Assembly (NCBI GenBank): GCA_002633005.1
Contig: NMRA01000624.1
Span: 49,109 to 113,108 of the forward strand
Direction: 5' to 3'
Origin: Phoronis australis
Lineage: Eukaryota; Animalia; Phoronida
Length of the DNA stretch: 64,000 bases
This document shows, piece after piece, positions 53,501-61,850 of the stretch; positions within the stretch are counted from its first letter, which is position 1; each line of letters starts with the position of its first letter. The position numbers were made by a program, and so were the translations under genes. The notes under the pieces were generated by a model, which did no database searches, was not told the DNA's origin, and saw only the letters and a program-made list of their open reading frames with translations.

Positions 53501-56500
53501 AGTAGGTATCTAGAACACCAGCATTCGCATGGGCACCGAAGTCAGGTTGCTGTGTCAAGCAAGGCAGTGACAGTTAAATTCAATTTCCAGGAGTACATGT
53601 AGCTTGACCTCGTCGTACTCTGAATAGCATACTAGGCACTTCATTTAAGTCGGCATAACAGTGCGCACCGTGCATTTGCACTAAGAAACCTCACCACGTC
53701 TGTCCTTTGTCACTGCCTCAGTCTTGCATGTGATTGTGGATATTCTGCCTCATTATACTCGGACTCAAACATATACCCACTTTCCATGAAATAATTCTTC
53801 ATCACCATTGCTATGAACAATGTCTCTGTGTGCTGAATAACGGATTTACATCACAGTATTTTAACAGAGAGAGAGATGTCTCCGACAACGAGACCCACTA
53901 TCAAGTCTGTTGTTCTTCCTATGTGCAAAAATTATGCCACATTATATCAGAAGCAATGAATTAATTAGAGCCTTCAAAATAGCCAATCACGAAATTAAAA
54001 TTGAACAGTATGAAGGCAATACAGGTCTTTTAGTAAAGAAGTAGAGTCTGTCAATAACTTTTTAAGATTATTTTGGAACATTATCTGGACTCCACTTGAA
54101 TTATCAAAAATGCCAAGGGATGTGTGCCTCAACATGGCACCGAAATCATAATCCACTTTACGAAAGCAGCTGGCCCCAAAAGCCCATTAAAAGTGTATGA
54201 ATATGCTTTGGCGGGAAATGGAAAGACGTTGAAAAACTGAATTTTGATGAAAAAAATCCACAAGCTTAAAAACTTAATATTTGGGAAAAACGAAATTTGT
54301 ATATGAAAAGCAGAATCTTCGTTACGAAAATGTTTGGTTAAACGAAATTCATTCATGTAGTGTCAACTGTGGGTGTGGTCGCGAAAAACGTTAGAGCCAC
54401 ATGGAGAACTCGAGCATAAGTTGCGTTGACAAACTTTATTCGTTTTTTTCTTATAGTTACTCGGTTCAACTGTAACATACAAAAAAAAAAACGTTCTATG
54501 AGACAATTGAACAATACGTTGGTTGTTTACAAAGTTACAATACTAATATTAAACATTGCATATATTCTTATTCGGACAACGTCAAACTACTTGAGGCAAC
54601 GCTAATTAAAGTTACAGAGAACGCGTTACAATTACGTTGAAATACTGACTATACACTATAACAAAACTAAGTACAAAATACTTACACCAATTTGCGGCAT
54701 AGATCACGACTAAACTCAAAACTCAAGATACATGTAAGGACGTTGAAGCACGAATGAGCTAAGCTGGCGTGCGTTACAGCTACATGTATAAACTATGGTG
54801 TGCCGAGCAGTTATACATATGCAAAATTCTATTGAAGAATTAGTCACGTGGAAAATATACGCGGTAGAAGCTGGAGAGCAAACACATAAATCACCAACAG
54901 ATGGCGAATATAGTCAGACTACAAACACAAGAGTGCGTCGGCACTTACAGTGGGTATCACCAAAAAGAATTCACATAGTCCATAAACTTATTAGAGAATA
55001 TATTTGCTTATAAACAACCAAAAATAAAAGAAACTGTGACAATTTTGCCATATCAAGAGGTCGACTTGAAATATCTTAATATTGGAATGATCAAGTTTAT
55101 TTGTTGTTTAATTGGGTCAAGCGTTTTCATACTGAAGATGAGGCTAGTTGGAGGATATACCTGAGGCCTCTTTTCATTCGTGTTGGCGTTGTTCTAATTT
55201 TTCATCCAATTTTCAACTGAAAACCCTGAAATTCGTAATTTTAAATCCTTTTTTAAAGGATGGTGTCACAACCTTGGATATTCTTAATCCTCAAATTTAA
55301 TGAAATACCAATGGCCAATCAATTGATATGGGACAATTGTTACCTAACTGTTAACGGTTAAGCATTAATTTACCAAGATTTGTACAATGCAGGGCTCATA
55401 TTTTGTGATGATTTTTAGATAGCCAGAACAAACTTATTAAATGGGAAAGCATTAAATAAAATGATAACTTGAAGGATACGTCTATCATACCATTTTCTTC
55501 CACTACAACGACCTTGGAGAAAGTTCTGAGGGGGGCTGATAGAAGGATTGTTAGTTGTAATAACATAAGATTTCAATTTTTAATAGTTCCAATTCATGAA
55601 TTAAAACATGATTTATTCAATGGTTTGCTGTAAACGAGATAATTATGCATCTTTACTCATCTATTATGCAGACGACGAAATTAAAGAAATATATAAGCTC
55701 CCTTTTAATCTACCCATAAACTCCCATTTGTCTATGTTTAAATGCTTTTTAATCCGCAAAAGGATTTATACAAACAAAATGTTAAAAACATTTGGTATTT
55801 CACAAACAGACCAATGTTCCTACTGTGGCGAGGTCCAGACTTTTCAACATACGTCTTACAGCTGTTTCTGTGTTAAACGTTTCTGCAATTCTTTACATCA
55901 TTTCATAAGTAAAGTTTTTAACTTACACACTGAGTCATCTAGGTACCACTTCTTAGTTTGCTTCTTTGGCAATTTAAGTGAAATCTCCAATACCATACAC
56001 AATCATGCTCGAGATTATATTTATACACCATCAAGAGATGGGTCTCAACCGTGTTTTAGTAAGTTCAAATGACGCAGTGAACCTCTTTGTATTTAACGCC
56101 TTGGCCAAAAACTTCAGAACAGTGGATGATTTTACCAGGCATCTCTTTATAATGATTCAAACAATATTGGGTGTTATTTTTAGTCACTTCTGTTGTATTA
56201 TAAGAAAACTGACCTTATCTCAAATATACGTAAATGTAAACTTAAGTTAAGTCAATTAAGTCGTTTGAATGCGAGTGTGAATGAGTGTACGAAAGTCCTC
56301 CCTCTTCCAGTTTCCCTCCCCTTTTGATCATAATATCGGATAATTATCAGCCCAATATTTAGGAGTTAGTTTCCAGATGATAATTTGTTCTATGTGTATG
56401 ACGTATTGTCCTCTAGTAAGTTTTAAAGATATGTAGTTGGGGCCACCAATTCCCAGACGTATCTACTAATCACTAATGATATGCTTTCTGGGTAAATATA

Positions 56501-59500
56501 CGTATTAAAACAAAAAAGTCTCTGTCACTCATGTCACTACAGTCACTCTGATATGGATTGCCGACTCCAGCCATTTTCAGGTTACTACATGCTAAACAAT
56601 GCCTAAATCCAACGTAACTGAGTTCTCCAACAATCTAGCTTGTCGTAGAACACTTGTCGATGGGAAGTGGTGACGACAAGTTCAGAAAAACAATACAAAA
56701 ACAACAGTAGTACTGATCCTCATAATAAACTATGACGCAGATCCGAATTGGCGCGTAATTCTTGACTCCCTAAGCGTCACTTCCGGAGTAGGGGACGAGC
56801 AAACATTTAAATTACGAGAAGCTGTAATTAACTGAAAAATGTGTCCGGGATAATCAACGAATTTTACTTTTACTAAGAACGACACGAAAAAAGACTGCCT
56901 TTGCCTTTAAAGGAGAATGCCACCCGATTTAATTAGTCTTTTTTACCGTTTAATCGGTATATATCCACATGGCCTTGCATACAGTCGAACTTACCTTGCC
57001 GTTGCAGTTTCGTGGCAAATTCATCAACATAATCACGTGCACATTACGTCTTTGGCTCACTAGTATAATAGTTTGTTGACTCCAAGTTTAGTTTCCAAGT
57101 TTGGCTGGTTAACGTTCGTGATGTCTTAAGTCCTTTTGCCGCGACGGGCCTGATTGGGTTCCGGCCCTCTGGCCGGGATAACAAGCGTTTTGTGTGTTTA
57201 GAACTAAAAAAATCATAAGTCTAAACAACACAGATCTAGGATCTCCTCCTTTCGAACTTTGTAGGCTACGGGTGTTTAAATACCAACAAATCGGTAACAG
57301 CGAAAGAAAACAACACGTTTTTATAAGAACGCGGTGTATTTTTAAGGGTTTTACGTCGAGGTTTGGTGATTTATTGGTTGAACGATGACTTCAAACGATA
57401 ATCTGACACCTGTAACCCGTGTTGTGAACTGCTGAACAGACTGCGTGTGAAACCAATGACGTCATTGGATAAATTCAACACCTCCGTCTGCCGTCAGGTG
57501 TCGGATAACGCAACCGAACGTGACGTTATCGAGTAGAACTACTCGATCTAAATTGATACAAAATAGGTTGTTTTTGGGTGGCATTCTCCTTTATGTCTAT
57601 CGAAAACCCGAGTGTTGACAACTAGCAAATTTACGTATTTGTGTATAGTGCAGAACCCTATAAGTGCTTTGGTAGACAGTTTTTGGTACCCCGTTGTCCA
57701 TACGAAGCCTTAATGGCTGCATGTCTTATATTTTGAAAGTGCAATTCTGTTTGACTTGTTGTTTATACAAGTGCAAAAACTACACGACTTGCCACAGTAA
57801 ATCATTGAGTAGCCAGGTAGGCCTAATTGCCGCTTATCACACTCGTCAAGCATAGCATACATGTAACAATTTCTTGCATCCTACTTGTATTTCAGTATTC
57901 TGTAAGTCAGCAAAGAGGCCGCCCCACTGCACGACGCCTGATTTCCTGGACACATGTGATAAATACAGTAGTACGCCGTTACAATGCCCATTTATGTGCA
58001 ACGTTTGTCCCTGTAAGTAACGTAATTCCCACATTTATGCAAAGGAAAGACCGTAAAATGGAATAACTCTGGACCCTAAGGTATCGAAAAATACTCAACC
58101 GTGCCTGTCCAAAGTGCGATGCGCTCAAATAAACATGCTTCTCACTTTGTATGTAAGCACGTTTTCGAATTCACCAGTTTCACTCCTATTGCATGGGTAA
58201 ATACAAATCCATTTAAAAAGTCAAGGACCGGCTTGGTGACTGCAACACTAACCGTGTTGCTGCTCGCGATCAATTAGCTTTGAATCACTAATTCATTTTC
58301 ATCATTTTGCCATCCGTATGCAAGAACGTCGTATTGCGGCATAACGCATCAGGCACCCAGGTTTGCTACCAAGTATTTTACCTGAACGTTAGAATCCAAT
58401 AGCTTCTTATGATTGCAACAAGTCATTTCTGAAATATGATATTCCGAAAGTAGCCATATTTGACCATTTTCTTTGATTCCTCAAAACCTCAACAGATCAC
58501 AACATTTTACGCCCCTACATGTAAATTCACGCTCGTTATTTACCCTAGTATTTTACGATGGTTAGTTATGCCCGCAATTCAAGCTTGAAAAATACTGTTA
58601 TGGAAAGAATCTTTACGTCTGGTTACGAGCGTAATGCCCCTTTACCCACCGGGAAAGGATAGGCGTGCTATTTGCAACCGGCTTGTTACAAAAGGCTCGT
58701 TTGCCTTAGATGCGCGATGTAAAGCGAACCACTGGGAAAACTAATATACAGTATAAACATCTATGACTATTAATTTCCTATACAAAAATGGTCTTCTTAG
58801 CGGCCCGTTCTGTTTAAAAACAACAGCCTTATTGTGACGCATGTTTGATGAGATTCTCATGCAAATAGTTTACAAACAGCAATTTTTCTAACTACAACTG
58901 TACACCTTCAGCGCTCGTTACTCTCTTGTATACATGTACATAACCAGGGTATGGCTTAAAAACGCTCTTCATCTGTTGGCCCTTTACCTAAAACCACCCA
59001 TTGTAAGATGTAGTCAGTGTAGTTTGTCTTTGAACGGATGTTTTTAGCAAGTGGTCCTTGGTTTCCGGCGCATATATTAAGATGGTTTAATTGCTGGCAT
59101 GTGACAATACGTCAAAGTCAATCCACAGCTTTGGATTGGCTTTGAATATCACTGGACTCGTCATCGTCCTGATTGGTGTATGACCCAAAAATAATGGGGC
59201 AGCTAGTGGGTTATTTTGCAATAAAACGTTTACGGTGTGTTGCAATCCCAAAGTTAAATAGAAAAGCAAAAACGTTACAAATTCCTGATGCGCTCGCATA
59301 ATTAATTCCTGATAAATTACATGTTAACTACCAATGATAGCTTTCCGTTCTCCAAATACCTTACAGTTTTGAATAACATTGTCTAATAATTAGCCAATGT
59401 AAGAAAAAAGAACACTTGCAACGGAGATCGACACACGCTAGTGAAGTCTGCACCAAAATCCCATGTCTTCTTCGCTGGCTATGTAATTTGTCAGCAATGA

Positions 59501-61324
59501 CGGCATTTCATTCCCAAGGCAGAAAAATCTTGGTCAAGATAATGTGCGAAGCCTACAGGGCCCCCAAACAGAGATCCGTTCCGGAAATTCTGTACCTGGT
59601 ACGAAATTCCTTCGTAAGAACTCGTGCAATTTGAACACAGAGTATCGTGCCATTTTACTAATCTGCTTTACATAGCATTTCATCTGTGGAGTGCAGTGGC
59701 GGACTTAAGGGGGGGGGGTGGCAAGTGGGCCAGGGGGGCCATGGCCCCCCTAAAAATTTCCTCGATTCCATTTGGCAGTTTGGGGCTGTAAATATCTTAC
59801 AAGCAAAATCATAGCTAATACTCTGCCCTGCCCCCCACACACAAAATCCTGGATCCGCGCCTGGAGTGAATAGCTCGTCAATTGACCTATCGTCAGGATT
59901 TTGAGTAACGGTTAAACTGAACAATCAGAACGCAGCATTCTTGACACATCTTCGTTTCCAAGCTGCCATTTTACACGAAAACCAGCAGTTTGCCTGGTAA
60001 AACTTCTTGTTTGTCTACATTTTGGAAGGGGCGGAGCTTGCAATTGGTCAATTAAAGACTGTGAGAAAAGTGCATCAACCTGAAATAACCAATTATATCG
60101 CTAATGAAGAATTGTCTGTTTACCGGACGGTTTTGTTTGCTCTTTGTCATGTGTAAACATAAACAATGTGACCAACCGGCAGGTTGACCTAACGCATGCA
60201 TTGTTTTACCAAAGGCTTGTTATTAGCCGCTTGATACAATATTGTAACAAACAAAAGTAAACGCCTGCTATCCATTACAAATCGCCCACCAATCATTTCC
60301 GGAACATGTCAAAGCTTTTGAAACGTTTACGTTATATACTTTATGCAGTCGAGATATATTGGTTACATCGATTCTAATTTATGCAATTAGTACCTCCAGA
60401 TTTTCGTTGACGTTAACCGCAAAGGCGTCGCGATCGGCCCGGTCTATTCATGTCAACCAGCGCGCTTGCTCGCCAGGCCGTTCACAACTTCAACGGAGCG
60501 CTTATATCAACTACAAGCAGCAGTCGAGTCAGAGTGCTCCAGTAGAACATTGGTTGGTCGAGGGCCAGTAAGATAGGTAAACTTTTTCAAGGAATTTTGA
60601 ATTACCTTCAGTGCAACCGCAGAAGCATGTAAGAGTTAATTCATGAAAAGGGGGTGTAGAAATGAGTCGATTACAGGCCAGAACCAAACATGTCCTTTTT
60701 ACATCACCTCCGGTCATCTCGTCACGATTGCCAAAAAGATTGCCGTCATGAGCCACTTCATACTCGTCGCCTTTAATGTTGAAGATGTTTATTTGAGCGT
60801 TCTTGCGATGTCATGTTAGGGGCTAGGCGACCATACATATGTATATGTACATGTACATGTACAGGTACTCCGCTGATTTGTTGACCTGAATGGTGTAGGC
60901 CGGTCGAGGCGCCTTTGCCATAAACGATGCCGATTGAACTAGGAAAGCGTGCTGGTGCAAATGGTATTTACTCGTTTTGATATTAACGAAAGTAGCTAGT
61001 GAACTCCCAGGTTGGCACGCTTTGTGTTGTTTCGAGATTGCTTGTTGAGCGGCCTTACGGGTATAACCTTCTCTTCATTTTAAGTGCAACGTCGAGCGGC
61101 CGATAAAATGACCGGTGTTTTTTAATATTCTTCCAGGGGGTGGTGAGGACTACATGTACAACACAGGAGTCTCCGATACGAAAACTTTTGAATCAGTCTT
61201 GGACGCAGCAAAAGTGGAAAACGGAGCTGACTTTACCTATCCTTCCTTGACAATAACTGCATTCGCTATCGGCAACACGATCTATCTTAGAACACCACAA
61301 AGTCTCCACAAAACACTGTTCTGA
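15227..61324 (+). CDS. Gene B: secreted multi-ShKT CAP protein (signal peptide, 8 ShKT, CAP, EGF-like, ShKT-like, tail), 25 exons, about 752 aa
   Basis: join(15227-15284,20477-20506,21851-21967,22483-22512,23214-23330,23867-23896,24573-24689,25202-25231,25920-26036,26550-26579,27261-27377,27880-27909,28156-28272,28689-28718,33337-33471,38713-38847,45439-45555,46797-46885,47427-47511,48677-48819,49804-49892,50107-50186,51311-51421,57896-58012,61137-61324) = 2259 nt. All introns are GT-AG, phases are compatible and there is no internal stop. That all exons join into one transcript is inferred. Confidence 0.8.
15701..15751 (+). pseudogene. Relic ShKT exon fragment (IGYYERWVRDKCAKFCR)
   Basis: Matches the 3' half of the array ShKT exon; 5' half and donor are missing. 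Confidence 0.7.
16030..19570 (-). mobile_element. Decayed Ty3/gypsy LTR retrotransposon internal region in intron 1 of gene B
   Basis: In order on the minus strand: gag-like (19333-19022), protease QVDTGVRCN (about 18690), RT FGMSV..LFQ (about 17840), RNase H PVAFARKAL..QANY (about 17280-17230), integrase W..TH.T.SP.YP and TP..SPAELMF.R / W.PA..RSY..RRN (16900-16181). Many stops; LTRs not identified; ends approximate. Confidence 0.88.
20124..20255. mobile_element. Short MITE-like element (TTCAGTAACGCTAGG...CCTAGTGTTACTGAA)
   Basis: Terminal inverted repeat; homologous copy at about 61722-61850 and a weaker one at about 51882-52050. Confidence 0.65.
20477..20506 (+). CDS. Gene B 30-nt microexon (VAARVVITNE), probable signal-peptide cleavage region
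   Basis: gtttcag acceptor, gtaagc donor; flanks homologous to the linker microexons. Confidence 0.75.
20687..21180 (+). pseudogene. Dead first array unit: 3' stub of a ShKT exon (tgcgagtactgtaagga/gtaagttaatg, about 20697-20723) and a broken microexon (about 21141-21178)
   Basis: Microexon acceptor reads tttcac and donor reads gaaagt, with an internal deletion; surrounding intron aligns with the other units. Confidence 0.65.
21851..21967 (+). CDS. Gene B ShKT exon 1 (EPCEDKIDCSRYSRASCVGEFERWARDKCAKFCGYCTAK)
   Basis: Six-Cys ShKT pattern C.D...C...C...C.KFCG.C; ag/gtaagt; 117 nt, phase 1-1. Confidence 0.88.
22483..22512 (+). CDS. Gene B Thr-rich linker microexon (TTTNLLTTTE)
   Basis: gtttcag/gtgagt, 30 nt, phase 1-1. 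Confidence 0.75.
23214..23330 (+). CDS. Gene B ShKT exon 2 (EPCEDKTDCSIYSRASCVGEFERWARDKCAKFCGYCTAR)
   Basis: aag/gtgagt, 117 nt. Confidence 0.88.
23867..23896 (+). CDS. Gene B linker microexon (ATTNLMTTTE)
   Basis: gtttcag/gtaagt, 30 nt. Confidence 0.75.
24573..24689 (+). CDS. Gene B ShKT exon 3
   Basis: aag/gtaagt, 117 nt; same peptide as ShKT exon 2. Confidence 0.88.
25202..25231 (+). CDS. Gene B linker microexon (ATTNFLTTTE)
   Basis: gtttcag/gtatgt, 30 nt. Confidence 0.75.
25920..26036 (+). CDS. Gene B ShKT exon 4 (...CVGEFEKWARDKCAKFCGYCTAE)
   Basis: aag/gtaagt, 117 nt. Confidence 0.88.
26550..26579 (+). CDS. Gene B linker microexon (TTTNLLTTTE)
   Basis: gtttcag/gtaagt, 30 nt. Confidence 0.75.
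27261..27377 (+). CDS. Gene B ShKT exon 5 (EPCEDKIDCSRYSRASC...CTAR)
   Basis: aag/gtaagt, 117 nt. Confidence 0.88.
27880..27909 (+). CDS. Gene B linker microexon (ATINLGTTTE)
   Basis: gtttcag/gtaagt, 30 nt. Confidence 0.72.
28156..28272 (+). CDS. Gene B ShKT exon 6 (EPCEDKTDCSSYSQASCLGKYETWARNKCAKFCGYCTAR)
   Basis: caaag/gtaagt, 117 nt; lies within ORF 28131..28349. Confidence 0.88.
28689..28718 (+). CDS. Gene B linker microexon (AATNLVTTTE)
   Basis: gtttcag/gtaagt, 30 nt. Confidence 0.72.
28946..29053 (+). pseudogene. Dead ShKT exon copy
   Basis: Acceptor caaag changed to caaaa, 9-nt deletion, the last three Cys lost, no donor; a donor-less microexon relic follows at about 29558-29580. 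Confidence 0.8.
32531..32690. repeat. (TAA)n microsatellite grading into degenerate (TAG/TAA)n
   Basis: Directly visible; produces the spurious poly-Tyr ORF 32498..32773. Confidence 0.9.
32914..33845 (+). repeat. About 0.9-kb duplicated segment carrying ShKT exon 7; second copy at about 38289-39192
   Basis: Both copies begin gacaataggaattaacatt and end at atggaagaa; introns align. Confidence 0.9.
33337..33471 (+). CDS. Gene B ShKT exon 7, second type (GLRLCVDRRTNCHTYNDSMCTEYESWAMINCEAYCGFCIGPSSTT)
   Basis: cccag/gtaatt, 135 nt, phase 1-1, six Cys. Confidence 0.85.
37216..37354. mobile_element. MITE with CATGGGCGGC/GCCGCCCATG TIRs and 5-bp TSD TTACC
   Basis: Perfect 10-bp TIR; ttacc on both sides. 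Confidence 0.8.
38713..38847 (+). CDS. Gene B ShKT exon 8, second type (AMRPCVDRQTNCHTYAGSMCTQYKGWARTNCEAYCGFCIGPSTTT)
   Basis: cccag/gtaatt, 135 nt; paralog of 33337-33471. Confidence 0.85.
39205..39790. mobile_element. Harbinger-related non-autonomous element or fragment
   Basis: Begins tta-TACCCCCGTCACA; GC-rich CACCG/CGGTG subterminal repeats shared with 40537-41812; right end uncertain. Confidence 0.5.
40537..41812 (+). mobile_element. Internally deleted PIF/Harbinger DNA transposon
   Basis: taa-TACCCAAGTCACACCAG left end and CTGGTGTGAC right end; transposase fragments HLASGDTYASMKFNFWIPANTLS and FYSLVLMGLVDANSQFLWTDVGGDG resemble HARBI1-type motifs. Confidence 0.8.
42002..43575. repeat. 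Direct duplication 42002-42788 / 42790-43575 around an N at 42789
   Basis: Both copies start tctatgacgaactgttgc and end tttgtgcctaa; only scattered SNPs. Confidence 0.9.
45439..45555 (+). CDS. Gene B exon: pre-CAP segment (GGPTLPPRQTGDCEDKFLHHFSGQHTACFARSSKHKSIT)
   Basis: ctgcag/gtaatt; C...HTAC motif characteristic of the N-terminus of invertebrate venom-allergen-type CAP proteins. Confidence 0.82.
45701..45835. mobile_element. MITE of the CAG..GGATCCG..TG family, degenerate 5-bp TSD (aacat/atcat)
   Basis: Homologous to 59694-59863. Confidence 0.6.
46797..46885 (+). CDS. Gene B exon: start of CAP domain (GVSDKNKELIVALHNKVRSQVPDAKYMLKM)
   Basis: ccgcag/gtaaga; HN..R..V..A..M..M motif. Confidence 0.9.
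47427..47511 (+). CDS. Gene B exon: CAP ([28 protein letters not shown])
   Basis: atacag/gtaatt. Confidence 0.9.
48677..48819 (+). CDS. Gene B exon: CAP (GRFYVGQNIAMWSVLKTDWTYMIKLWADEKQYYSFGDEWSSETGHYTQ)
   Basis: ttatag/gttaga; canonical GHYTQ. Confidence 0.92.
49804..49892 (+). CDS. Gene B exon: CAP (MVYADSYLIGCGEAICDDIGHYYVCNYAP)
   Basis: tgtag/gtaagt. Confidence 0.92.
50107..50186 (+). CDS. Gene B exon: hinge (ALSGDPYIKGTLGTACPAFIDNDNLC)
   Basis: ttgcag/gtaaaa. Confidence 0.88.
51311..51421 (+). CDS. Gene B exon: EGF-like (DCKGQFCYNGGNLDPETCQCECKNYGVHNYKAENNCK)
   Basis: ttttag/gtaagt. Confidence 0.9.
52747..56906 (+). mobile_element. Kolobok-like DNA transposon remnant with about 135-bp imperfect TIRs, TTAA TSD and a THAP-domain relic
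   Basis: ttaa-AGGC...(52747-52880) is the reverse complement of 56771-56906 ...GCCT-ttaa; ORF 53011 contains HF..DYE....L.KGALP, resembling the THAP HF..AVP motif. Confidence 0.75.
53760..56070 (+). mobile_element. Decayed L1/Tx1-like LINE nested inside the Kolobok-like element
   Basis: CVLNNGFTSQYF..R, FGTLSGLHLNYQKC and the C-terminal zinc knuckle TNKML..FG...DQCSYCGEVQTFQH..Y.C; interrupted at about 54370-55000. Confidence 0.75.
56911..57590. mobile_element. Kolobok-like MITE with 15-bp perfect TIR AGGAGAATGCCACCC
   Basis: ttaa-AGGAGAATGCCACCC ... GGGTGGCATTCTCCT-ttat. Confidence 0.8.
57896..58012 (+). CDS. Gene B exon: C-terminal ShKT-like domain ([39 protein letters not shown])
   Basis: tttcag/gtaagt. 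Confidence 0.88.
59694..59863. mobile_element. MITE (CAGTGGCGGA...TCCGCGCCTG) with 5-bp TSD GAGTG
   Basis: Imperfect TIR; gagtg on both sides. Confidence 0.8.
61137..61324 (+). CDS. Gene B terminal exon (WGGEDYMYN...ENGADFTYPSLTITAFAIGNTIYLRTPQSLHKTLF*)
   Basis: ttccag acceptor, TGA stop; homologous to 12911-13047. Confidence 0.82.
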
Positions 61325-61721
61325 CTTTCCGTCAAAATTTCTTTAATCCGATGTAACAACCAGCTGTGTATAAAAATCCCTGTGTAGACGTAGTTCTCAA
61401 AATAGTGAAATATACTTTTTGCAATTTAAACGATTCCTTCATTGGGAAGAACCCAACCACTGAAAACTTGAAGACGAAGGCCTACTGCAAGAAACGAACG
61501 TGTAGTATTCATTTCCTTGGGTGGATGATTGTAATCTACATGTACATGGTGTACTCAACTATCAACGTGCATACCTATTTCAAATGTAATAAGTGGCAGA
61601 TGAGACCACGCACTATACTAATTTAGTACATTTTCAATGGACGAAATCTGTGATCCGACGCACAAGCAATGACGTTAACTATTCACTTGCGGCGCTTGGT
61701 GATACATGTACACCAGGGGTG

Positions 61722-61850
61722 CGTTCAGTAGAGCTAGGACCTAATTAAATCTAGCCAATGTCACGTGTTCTGATTTAAAATGTTCTGCAATATCTCAAGT
61801 AGTCTCGCGAAGTATTGCTTTTTATCGAGGTCCTAGCGTTACTGAACGGG
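61722..61850. mobile_element. MITE of the same family as 20124-20255
   Basis: CGTTCAGTAGAGCTAGGACCT ... AGGTCCTAGCGTTACTGAACG inverted termini; internal similarity to the 20 kb copy. Confidence 0.65.
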
